From a virus (taxonomy: Duplodnaviria > Heunggongvirae > Uroviricota > Caudoviricetes), in the IMG/VR virus record IMGVR_UViG_3300002026_000032, positions 80,351-122,927 of that record: 42,577 nt of DNA. The stretch is one strand, 5' to 3'. The notes below the pieces were generated by a model. It had not been told where the DNA came from and searched no databases. It was given only the letters and a program-made list of their open reading frames with translations. The translations under genes and the position numbers were made by a program. Every line of letters starts with the position of its first letter. The stretch's first letter is position 1. Of this stretch, positions 18,999 through 27,734 are shown piece after piece.

Positions 18999-20377
18999 GA
19001 TTCATTCCTAACTAACGACATAAATGATGCGTCGGATGAGCCATCTTCGTTAATCTCATATGCCTGTTTCATATTAGCCACCGCAGTCTCATCCTGCGAT
19101 AAAATGAATCCTGTATACTCATATGAATCGATGGCTTTTCTTGTTTCGAGATTCAATGTAGCATCAAGCCATAATGGACCGGCCGTGGTCATTTTCTTTG
19201 AGAATGATAATGTGATCCCCTTTAGAATCATATCATCATGACTGAAATATTCACCAATCATCACCCCAACTGTTGGCGGTGAGTATCTAAGGGTCATCTG
19301 GTCTGCTATGTTTTCGGAAATTTCATCGATCATACTTTTATTCAATAGTTCTTTCGATTGCATGATTCGATCATTCTGCATTTTAGTTAGATCCCATACT
19401 GCAGACCCAGCTTCTAAGATACCAGCACCAACCTTTTTTACATTCTTCACAGTAGCATCCGCCAATTTAGTCGAATTTCCATCGGTGATGGTGTTAGTCG
19501 CAACAATTACACCCTCAACAGCATCAGTTATAAGATTTTTTATAGCATTGGCTCCTGATTTTACCAACTTCTGTAACGGGTCGGTAGCAGTGTCAATCTT
19601 TTCTGTGGCTGGTTGTGTAACCATTGATAAATTCTCACCAGCCGCCTGTAATGCACCACCACCATATTTAACTATATCACTAATTTGTTGAACGCCACCT
19701 TCAACAACTTTAATCCCACCAGCAATCATACGCTCAATCAGTTGACGGATCTTAGCCTTATTCTCTTCGGATTCATTACCATTACGAGTGTATGGAACCA
19801 TATACTGAAGTAGTGCAACCGCAGTTGCTGCTGGTTGTCCGGTGCCATTCCAGTCAACAACTTTCATCTGAACAGTTAATGATAATGGCTCAGTCCCTTG
19901 ATAAAACTTCTTCGTTTTATAATACCCACCAAAATTACCACCAGCTCGTGTTGTCTCAGAAGTCCATATGTTGTAAACTTCAGATGGTTTTATATTACCA
20001 ACTGGTGTTTTCTGTGAGAAGTTCTCCATGGCATTGGCCATGACACGGTCAACCGTGTTTAATCCCTCACTAGCCACCCACCGAGATGTTATGTTTATAT
20101 CCGGCATCTTATCAATAATCCCACGAACTGCAACAAAGCGACTATCCGTATCATCACCACGCATTCCGTAATGACCCGATGGATATAACCGGATTGATGC
20201 GGCACCATTTCGGTCAAGTAGTCGTTTGAAACCAGACCCATTCATAACCGTGGTTTTGCGTTTCCACATCATTGTTGAATATATGTCATCATCGAAGAAT
20301 GGCCGTGAATGGTGTATTGCACCCTCAGCCGTTACCATTCCCCCAATAATACCCTTAATTACTCTTGCAGCTGTCAT
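18995..20377 (-). CDS. Tail tube initiator, gp48-like, with a long helical insertion
   Basis: Tube-fold segments YQGTEPLSLTVQMKV and PPTVGVMIG...DMILKGITLSFSK...PLWLDATLNLET. Located between the tape-measure-like and LysM genes. Confidence 0.58.
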   Translation of the reverse strand: MTAARVIKGIIGGMVTAEGAIHHSRPFFDDDIYSTMMWKRKTTVMNGSGFKRLLDRNGAASIRLYPSGHYGMRGDDTDSRFVAVRGIIDKMPDINITSRWVASEGLNTVDRVMANAMENFSQKTPVGNIKPSEVYNIWTSETTRAGGNFGGYYKTKKFYQGTEPLSLTVQMKVVDWNGTGQPAATAVALLQYMVPYTRNGNESEENKAKIRQLIERMIAGGIKVVEGGVQQISDIVKYGGGALQAAGENLSMVTQPATEKIDTATDPLQKLVKSGANAIKNLITDAVEGVIVATNTITDGNSTKLADATVKNVKKVGAGILEAGSAVWDLTKMQNDRIMQSKELLNKSMIDEISENIADQMTLRYSPPTVGVMIGEYFSHDDMILKGITLSFSKKMTTAGPLWLDATLNLETRKAIDSYEYTGFILSQDETAVANMKQAYEINEDGSSDASFMSLVRNES

Positions 20378-20380
20378 AAT

Positions 20381-22822
20381 TTACGACCTTGTGTTTGAAC
20401 TAAACCCAGCGTACTTATCAGGTTCGGATTTGATTATTTGTAACATAGCGGCGGCCATACTGGATGCAAGTGCATCTATGGTCTTTGTATCCAATGATGT
20501 TAATACAGCCGAACCATCTGGCTCAGATTGGGTTGCAACCTTCGTAGTCATCATTTTCTTCGGTGCTACCTGTGGTGCAGTCTCAGTTTTAATCTGCGAT
20601 GGTGGAGTTAATGATGGGGTTGGTGCACCCATATCCATCACTGGACCACCACCATCTATTACACCAAGAGTTGCATCCATATTTGCATCTTCTGGTATTT
20701 TACTCATGAACCCCTTGATTGAATTTAATCCATCACCAGGCATGTCAACTTTACCATTACTTTTTAGATACTTCTGCATGTTACCGGCGCCGAGCTGTGA
20801 TGCCCCAACCAATCGACCCTCAGTGATAAGCACACCATTCATAGTTTTTCCTATGTACTTATCTAGACCCAAATACTTTATCTGTCGTAAATTTTCATCG
20901 GTATACAAGTCCATGGCATCTTCTTGCATAGCCGGTGTGAAAAGATTTGGGTTCTTTTTGTAATCACCCCATGAGTACCCGTACCGCTTTTCACCCTTGA
21001 TTTGTTTGTATGCATCTTCACCTAGTTGATACTTACCCAAATATCCACGAGAATTAAATCCAACATTATAATTGCCACCAGATTCAACTTGACCAACCGC
21101 ACCTTTAAGTGTGCTCTTCTTAATAACTAAATTATTCGGATCAAAGGTTCCGCGTTTATTGGGATTCCATGTTGGATCAGTACCGCCTTTAACCATCCCA
21201 GTAGTGGTAGAACCCATACCAAATAACTTAGACAATGCATCACCCGCAGCCCCAGTTGCCCCACTGAACATATCACCAATACCAGCGACACCACCGACAA
21301 CCTTTGAGATAAATCCTTTAGTCCCCTCAAGTAGCTTGACGATATTATCCATCAATCCACCAGTGAACGCCTTGTTTGTGTCTTCCACACCTTTACCCAA
21401 CTCTTTCATTGGATTGATGCCGGTAAATTTCTCTACAAGTAATGATGCAATACCAAATAGTTGACCAAATGGATTTACCATGATAAATCCAGCCTGTAAC
21501 GATTTGAGAGCCTTAGCTGTTTGTCCGGCTTTCCAGAAATCAAGGGCATCTTTCATATGCATGATAACACCAATACCAGGAAGAAACTTCAATTTCTTAG
21601 TCCAGTCGGCTGGTTTCTCCGGTGATTCTTCATCAACTTTCATGGCACCCGGAAGATTAGATCTGACAGCTTCAGCGATACCAAACAATGCACCAAATGG
21701 TGGTGAAAGTTGAGTTAACCCTTTACCCATTGATTTGAGTGCTTCTGATTTATCACCAGCTTTCCAAAAATCAAACGCATCCTTCATGTGTATAGCAGTT
21801 CCAATGATAGGGAGGTTCTTTAAAGTCTCCTTCGTCTTTGGTGAGAATAATGGTGGGGGTGGGTCTTGGAATTTACCCTCTGATTCATTTTTAAGATCTC
21901 GGCCAAGCGAAATTATATCGATACCAATCGATAACGCAGGACCAATCCCCGGAATAAAATCTACAGCAGCCGCTGCGATTTCAAGTGCAGCACCAACTTT
22001 ATCACCCTTGCGCCACTTATCAAAGGCCATCTTCAAACCAATAGCTGTGCCAATGAATGGTATCGCCTTTAAAGCGATCCCAACACCTTTAGTTGCAACT
22101 TTAGCACCAGTCTTCGCAACTTTAGCTAAGATACCCGGAGCCTTCTTTGCACCATTCTCAGCAAGTTCACCCGCAGCTTCACCCGCAACTTCACCAGCAA
22201 CTTTAGCACCCTTGATCTTATCAATGCCACTCATGATCTTACCGAATAGTTTTGACGCACCACCGATCGCTCTACCTGCGATTCTAGATGCAGTCTTTGT
22301 AACAACCTTTGTACCGAAGTTTGATACATTTTTATTATCACTAAACATAGCCAAGCTTGCTACGATCGTACCTAGGGTTGTAGCAACAAGTGCTATTGGT
22401 GCCAAGAAATCAGAGAATCCTTTTCCAATTCCTGATATCTCATTGGATACTTTAGCGAGACCAACCGTTAGGCTGTCTCTGAGTAGATTATTTGATGTGA
22501 TTAATCGATTTGTGTTGTCAGCAAACATGGATGAGAGATCTGCAGTCGTATTATCCGCATAAGCTTGCTCTTCGGCTAATTGTTTATTAGCCTTTATCAT
22601 GTTATCACTCTGTGCTTTTAAAGCATCAGGAAACACTTTATACAACTTGATGATTGATTTATTCAGTTCTTCAAGTTGCTTTGATGATTGTTCTTGGTGT
22701 TTAACCATATCAGAAAGGGGCCTGTGTATAAGCTCAAACCCCTTCATTGATGAACCCCGAATGCCCTCAGCAATCTGAGAGCTTACGAGTTTCTTAATTT
22801 CTTGATCATTTGCAGCAGCCAT
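20381..22822 (-). CDS. Tape measure-like protein (gp29-like) with a C-terminal lysozyme/lytic-transglycosylase-like domain
   Basis: Coiled-coil N-terminus and G/A-rich amphipathic repeats. VESGGNYN...N.RGYLGKYQ is a lysozyme-superfamily catalytic motif. Follows the chaperone pair. Confidence 0.72.
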   Translation of the reverse strand: MAAANDQEIKKLVSSQIAEGIRGSSMKGFELIHRPLSDMVKHQEQSSKQLEELNKSIIKLYKVFPDALKAQSDNMIKANKQLAEEQAYADNTTADLSSMFADNTNRLITSNNLLRDSLTVGLAKVSNEISGIGKGFSDFLAPIALVATTLGTIVASLAMFSDNKNVSNFGTKVVTKTASRIAGRAIGGASKLFGKIMSGIDKIKGAKVAGEVAGEAAGELAENGAKKAPGILAKVAKTGAKVATKGVGIALKAIPFIGTAIGLKMAFDKWRKGDKVGAALEIAAAAVDFIPGIGPALSIGIDIISLGRDLKNESEGKFQDPPPPLFSPKTKETLKNLPIIGTAIHMKDAFDFWKAGDKSEALKSMGKGLTQLSPPFGALFGIAEAVRSNLPGAMKVDEESPEKPADWTKKLKFLPGIGVIMHMKDALDFWKAGQTAKALKSLQAGFIMVNPFGQLFGIASLLVEKFTGINPMKELGKGVEDTNKAFTGGLMDNIVKLLEGTKGFISKVVGGVAGIGDMFSGATGAAGDALSKLFGMGSTTTGMVKGGTDPTWNPNKRGTFDPNNLVIKKSTLKGAVGQVESGGNYNVGFNSRGYLGKYQLGEDAYKQIKGEKRYGYSWGDYKKNPNLFTPAMQEDAMDLYTDENLRQIKYLGLDKYIGKTMNGVLITEGRLVGASQLGAGNMQKYLKSNGKVDMPGDGLNSIKGFMSKIPEDANMDATLGVIDGGGPVMDMGAPTPSLTPPSQIKTETAPQVAPKKMMTTKVATQSEPDGSAVLTSLDTKTIDALASSMAAAMLQIIKSEPDKYAGFSSNTRS

Positions 22823-22990
22823 TTATCCACCAAACGCATTCTGAATTGATACCATTCCGTTATCCTTTTTCTCAGCTTCATTACGCCTATGGACATAATC
22901 AGCTAGGTTTTCATACTGAGTGATAAATTCAAAATAGTCCATGTCGTCGAATGAGTTGAATGGAACCTTCAACTCAATCGACACTTCCAT
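22823..22990 (-). CDS. Small tail/baseplate assembly chaperone (gp51-like, 55 aa); possibly a frameshift extension of the upstream gene
   Basis: MEVSIELKVPFNSFDDMDYFEF...L..YV resembles the small ORFs that precede tape-measure genes. RBS is weak. Confidence 0.6.
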   Translation of the reverse strand: MEVSIELKVPFNSFDDMDYFEFITQYENLADYVHRRNEAEKKDNGMVSIQNAFGG

Positions 22991-23006
22991 GATCCACTGC
23001 AATAAA

Positions 23007-23915
23007 TCACTTAGGTTGATACTTGGGGTTAAAGAATGAAGCGTGAAATCGAACCGGTGTATAACCGGTACCCCCACACGATCCACACTCAGCACTTACA
23101 TATGGTGACATACCGAATTCCCAATCTTCGATATTCGATGTTAATGCAGCATAATCCTCCGCGTCAAGAGACATGATGAAGTTATATGCTGTAAGTATAT
23201 TTAACTTTTGAGAACCAACACTGATTATCTGTGCAGCCAGATCCAACAATTCGGAATCCATATCTTTAAACTCACGACCATTTTTGGTCATGAATGATGC
23301 GATACGCTCTTCATCACGGACTCGTAAATAACTGTAGTTCACCTGAACACCAGCATTTGGTAGTACAACAGTTCCAGTAAATTCATCATCGATGTGATTG
23401 ACATGAATTGAGTCGGGTGATAGGTGGAATGAAGACATCTTACCACACAATGGACACTGATATTCAACTTTGAAGTCCGGATTTTTGAACGAGTTTGCTC
23501 GTAACCAAATGACCAGATACAACCGGTCATTGATGAATAGTTCATCGATATTAATCCCGCGGACACATCGACGGAGAACATCATTCATCACATCAGGTGC
23601 ATTACCTTGGTTGATATTAGTAAGTTTTTTGATCTCAGGAACCGCATATGGTTTCACCCAGATCTGTGCACCCTCTGGATAGAAATGGAACTTCGAAGGA
23701 ATATCATGGATTCTGGTGAATCCTTGGTCATCCTTGGTCATATCATTTCGGGATACATGTTGAGGTGATGGCTGATGTGCTGGCATCTCAACTGGATCAC
23801 CACCCATCAATGTCGCCAAACTTTTAGCAACATAATCATCGTCAACTTCAACTTCATTGTGTTGGGTTGCTTGGAGCTTAGGAAACTCATCACTGGTAAT
23901 TCTCTTTGGTGGCAT
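23007..23915 (-). CDS. Baseplate hub assembly chaperone, gp26-like with Zn-ribbon motifs
   Basis: Start reassigned to ATG 23915 (AAGGAG RBS). DRLYLVIWLRANS...CPLC...YLRVRDE...CGSC pattern. Confidence 0.72.
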   Translation of the reverse strand: MPPKRITSDEFPKLQATQHNEVEVDDDYVAKSLATLMGGDPVEMPAHQPSPQHVSRNDMTKDDQGFTRIHDIPSKFHFYPEGAQIWVKPYAVPEIKKLTNINQGNAPDVMNDVLRRCVRGINIDELFINDRLYLVIWLRANSFKNPDFKVEYQCPLCGKMSSFHLSPDSIHVNHIDDEFTGTVVLPNAGVQVNYSYLRVRDEERIASFMTKNGREFKDMDSELLDLAAQIISVGSQKLNILTAYNFIMSLDAEDYAALTSNIEDWEFGMSPYVSAECGSCGGTGYTPVRFHASFFNPKYQPK

Positions 23916-23938
23916 AATACCAATCTCCTTCAAAAAAA

Positions 23939-24781
23939 TTAAAACAATTTACTTTGTATAAATTCACTAGCAAAATATGTCGGATTGAAATGAGCTATTT
24001 GTTCTGTTCCAAAACTGATTTTTCTAGTTATAATCGAGTTATTCACATAACTGAGATTTGTGCCCATACTCTGGACATAATAACAATTCTTCAGTGTGTA
24101 GATTCCGGTTGGATATCCAGACGCATCGAACTGTGTGACAACAATGTTGAACAACTTTTGCAAATTTGGTGGGACATGAAGCCCTTCGCTATCAATAATG
24201 GTTTTTTGTAACCAATTTTTGAAATACTCAATCGATCCAACATTATCCTCCTCAAAAGTTATTTCCACATTAGTATTTATAGGGTTATCATCTATGACAG
24301 AAAATCCTCGAGGAACATTACCATACATGATTGTCTGCTTAGAAAAGTTCAGTGATGGTATCGAAATTTCATTGATATGCCATGATCGTATGATTGGTGG
24401 GATTGAACATTTGCCATCACGAATTCGTTTTATCAGAGTTTTATTTGGAAGCATCGTTACGAGGAAATGACACCCGTTTGCCACACTCTTACCGACAAAT
24501 CGATCGGGCATGTTATACCACATATACATTTCATTCTGCATAAATAGTCTGGTACCTTCACCAAGTATCTCAACGATCGCGTCAACCGCTTTTGGAATTA
24601 TCGTTAATGATTTCTTGAAAATACCATCAGTATCCCGCTTCCCCCATACAGGATTGCGTGAATCAAGATAACCAAACCGGTTTACTAGTGTATCACCAAT
24701 TTCAGTGCCGCGAGCATCTTTAATCTTATCAATTCCGATACCAACCCCGACGGCTGCGCCTATACCTAATATACCCATCAT
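23939..24781 (-). CDS. Tail tube initiator, gp54-like
   Basis: Tube fold: ISIPSLNFS...EITFEEDN...YFKNWLQK...IVVTQFD...YTLKNCY. Confidence 0.65.
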   Translation of the reverse strand: MMGILGIGAAVGVGIGIDKIKDARGTEIGDTLVNRFGYLDSRNPVWGKRDTDGIFKKSLTIIPKAVDAIVEILGEGTRLFMQNEMYMWYNMPDRFVGKSVANGCHFLVTMLPNKTLIKRIRDGKCSIPPIIRSWHINEISIPSLNFSKQTIMYGNVPRGFSVIDDNPINTNVEITFEEDNVGSIEYFKNWLQKTIIDSEGLHVPPNLQKLFNIVVTQFDASGYPTGIYTLKNCYYVQSMGTNLSYVNNSIITRKISFGTEQIAHFNPTYFASEFIQSKLF

Positions 24782-24790
24782 TCACTCCTC

Positions 24791-24823
24791 ATAAACAAAG
24801 GGGTGGAACTTTCGCACCACCCC
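24791..24823 (-). terminator. Intrinsic terminator-like hairpin after the tube gene
   Basis: Minus strand GGGGTGG-TGCGAAAGTT-CCACCCC then TTTGTTT; GAAA loop. Confidence 0.65.
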
Positions 24824-24832
24824 ATATACAAT

Positions 24833-24840
24833 CATTTATA
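24833..24840 (-). promoter_or_regulatory. T4-like late promoter (TATAAATG)
   Basis: Intergenic, 7 nt after the tube stop and directly upstream of the hairpin. Confidence 0.5.
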
Positions 24841-24847
24841 GTCAGCA

Positions 24848-25519
24848 TTAACCAGCATGTCCAGGCCCAAGAGCAACCATTCCTGAATTGGTCGTAGGAC
24901 CAGAAGTTGTAGTTTTATTTCGAACCGGATAAGCCAAGTCAAATACGAAATCTACCATGAATTCAATCATCCCATCGGTATATCCATACTGAACATCAGA
25001 TATCTTTTTCACCCACACATTGAGATATTCATATCTAAGATCCAGTTTAGTACCATTACCCGCATAAGCATGTAATGACATTTTAGGGATAGCATATGAA
25101 TTACCAACTGCTCGTTTACCCTGAGCTAGTGAAAGCCCAGTATAACTGTTGGCTGAACGGTCACGCCACGCACTGAACATTTTATATGTGAGTTGGTCTT
25201 CAAACTCAACAAACTTTACAGTCATGTTGTGAATGATATTCATACGACCAGCAAACACCTGATCCATACCAACAAAATTTGTTTTAAGTTCAGTGGTGTC
25301 ATGCATAGGAACTATTGCATCCTGTGCACGCACCAGCATTTCATCACCGAGGTCATTTATATTAACACCTTCAAGCCATGCTTTCGACAACTCATCAGCG
25401 AACAGCGCTTTCAATGAGTCGGACGGAAAATCAAGGAAGTATAACCACTTTTTCTGTGGATCACGACCATTTTTTAACTGAGCACGACTTTCAATGGTGA
25501 ACTTTGTAAGATCTGCCAT
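24848..25519 (-). CDS. gp19: Tail tube protein, gp19-like
   Basis: Follows the sheath. FAGR...MTVKFVEFED...YKMFSAWRD...YEYLNVWVKKISDVQYG...EFMVDFVFD. Confidence 0.85.
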   Translation of the reverse strand: MADLTKFTIESRAQLKNGRDPQKKWLYFLDFPSDSLKALFADELSKAWLEGVNINDLGDEMLVRAQDAIVPMHDTTELKTNFVGMDQVFAGRMNIIHNMTVKFVEFEDQLTYKMFSAWRDRSANSYTGLSLAQGKRAVGNSYAIPKMSLHAYAGNGTKLDLRYEYLNVWVKKISDVQYGYTDGMIEFMVDFVFDLAYPVRNKTTTSGPTTNSGMVALGPGHAG

Positions 25520-25529
25520 TTTCTACCAC

Positions 25530-27692
25530 CTATCTCTGTATACGAAGATCGCTAATTGATACACCATCATCACCAACAATTGCTGTGAAGTAAATAAACT
25601 CAGAGTATCCAGGGAATGTCACACCCATATCGACATACATCTTCTTCTGTTTACGAACTTCAGCACCGTTATTATCTTCATCACAGAACACTTCACCACC
25701 GGTGATTCGACCAAGTGAGATCAACTTACTCAGGTAGTCATTACCAGTCCGTTCGATTTTTGCTCGGTTCTCGGCATTGTTGATACGGAATGTCTGTGAG
25801 TCAAGTGAATCACCAAGATCTTTCATAATGCTTAACAGAACACGAACTGGCGCTGTACGATTCAATGGAGAATCAGTCATCAGCATAGTCTTGGCGTTCC
25901 ACATTACATAACCAGCCTTAGGCTTCTTCAATACCGTGTTGATATGAGCGTCACTGAATGCAATTGCATCAGTAGTTGTCACATCTACATCGAGTGCGAG
26001 TATTGGTACTTCACCATACTCATACCCGGCAGGAAGATCTTTGATATCATACACAGTTTCGATACGAGAGTGAAGATATCCAGCAATGATCGACATCGGA
26101 AGGAATGATGCCTTACCTGTCTCAGGGACAAACACTTTACCATACCGACCATATGCTGATACAATCGCTGGATCGATCACACCATTAGGTGCTGATGCTA
26201 TGACTGAGCTGGCTGGTTTCATGATGTTACCAACCTGAATGATTGCAAGTGCATCAAGTCTGGCATTAGCTGCTTCTGCAACCTGAATTGATACTGCAGG
26301 GTTGTATGAAATAAGAAGGCTTGTGTCAACTGTAGTTGTTTCAGACAATTTACTCCATATCGAAGCTTCATTCAGTACACGAGTGTCGTCACTAATTGCG
26401 GCAACATTATTGGTATACAGACGACGGAATGATGTGCTGTTGATGATATCACCATACACATTATACTGGTCATATTTTCCAACAAATGTATTAACTACAT
26501 CGCTATCCATATCCATACCATCAACATCACCCTTTACATAAATGTATGGTGATACACCGTTGATTACATCTTCAATGAAGATTGAATTAGTTCCCACATC
26601 CACATAATTTGCAAGTGACACCTGATATGACTCAAGCAGAGTCATTCGAGAAACTTTTACAGATCCACCATTTTCAATATCATCCCAGTCATATGGAGCT
26701 GTGGTTGTATACACATTAACCTTGGCAACTGAAGATGCAATTGGGAAATTCTTTCGAACTTCAGCAAAACTCATCACAAAGAAACTCTCTGTGTGAATGT
26801 ATGCGGTGTCTTTATTAATCGTTCCCGATGCGTCATAGTATGCACGATATTCGGCAGTTGTATCAGTTACATGTTCACTTGGCTGAGTCACTACGATCGT
26901 AGCGGTTCTACCATTCAAGGTGATTGTATAATCAGTGTCAGCAACAAGAGTTGTGACTGTATCACCAATCTTAATACAAACATCCATTTTACCTTTTGTT
27001 GTCGCTGCATCTTCACCGGTTACCGATGGAACGGTTACGGTCATATGATATGAGCTTCCGATTGGTACAATCTTCCCGCCGGTTACCGGGTATGTTGGTG
27101 TATCATATTCATACATCCATGAACATCCATAACCAAATCGTTGGACTTCCACTGCAATCTTAGCCGTTGCCGATGTTTTGTCATCAGCTGTTGGGTATGG
27201 ACGAGCAATGATAAATCCATTGGTGAATGATCCATTATCAGTATCGGATACATATGCATCGATAGCTGAGATTCGGTCGATTGAATCAAGTGCAGTTTTG
27301 TCTGTGAGACCTGCTGTGATTGGGTTAGCTGTACGAACCATTGGGTATGCGTTATATGCATACTGCTCAGCGTCCGCATAGTTACGAACAACTGTAATTT
27401 TTTCACCAATCCTCAAGAACATCGATACTACATGATGACCAAGTTTCACTAACGCCTTTGCTCCAATTCCATCACCAGTACCGTAATCACTTACGTTGAT
27501 AGGTTTGATTGGGCCAAATATGTCGTAAAACTTACCCAGTTCGGCCGCAAAGACCTCATATGGCATATTGATGTATCCCTGGTCGGAATTGATAACAGTA
27601 GCAGCTGCGCCGGTACCACCAGTGGCTACAGTAGCGGTTGATCTATCCAACCGTTTCTTATATACCCCAGCAATGCTATCTGAAATTCCCAT
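25530..27692 (-). CDS. gp18: Tail sheath protein, gp18-like
   Basis: C-terminal sheath motifs PMSIIAG...HINTV...YVMWNAKTM...RVLLSI...FRINNAENR...VFCDEDNN...SEFIYF. Confidence 0.9.
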   Translation of the reverse strand: MGISDSIAGVYKKRLDRSTATVATGGTGAAATVINSDQGYINMPYEVFAAELGKFYDIFGPIKPINVSDYGTGDGIGAKALVKLGHHVVSMFLRIGEKITVVRNYADAEQYAYNAYPMVRTANPITAGLTDKTALDSIDRISAIDAYVSDTDNGSFTNGFIIARPYPTADDKTSATAKIAVEVQRFGYGCSWMYEYDTPTYPVTGGKIVPIGSSYHMTVTVPSVTGEDAATTKGKMDVCIKIGDTVTTLVADTDYTITLNGRTATIVVTQPSEHVTDTTAEYRAYYDASGTINKDTAYIHTESFFVMSFAEVRKNFPIASSVAKVNVYTTTAPYDWDDIENGGSVKVSRMTLLESYQVSLANYVDVGTNSIFIEDVINGVSPYIYVKGDVDGMDMDSDVVNTFVGKYDQYNVYGDIINSTSFRRLYTNNVAAISDDTRVLNEASIWSKLSETTTVDTSLLISYNPAVSIQVAEAANARLDALAIIQVGNIMKPASSVIASAPNGVIDPAIVSAYGRYGKVFVPETGKASFLPMSIIAGYLHSRIETVYDIKDLPAGYEYGEVPILALDVDVTTTDAIAFSDAHINTVLKKPKAGYVMWNAKTMLMTDSPLNRTAPVRVLLSIMKDLGDSLDSQTFRINNAENRAKIERTGNDYLSKLISLGRITGGEVFCDEDNNGAEVRKQKKMYVDMGVTFPGYSEFIYFTAIVGDDGVSISDLRIQR

Positions 27693-27720
27693 TAGATACC
27701 TCCTATTAACGTTTCTCTAT

Positions 27721-27728
27721 TATTTATA
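27721..27728 (-). promoter_or_regulatory. T4 late promoter (TATAAATA)
   Basis: Perfect gp55-type consensus upstream of the sheath gene. Confidence 0.8.
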
Positions 27729-27734
27729 ACTCTG

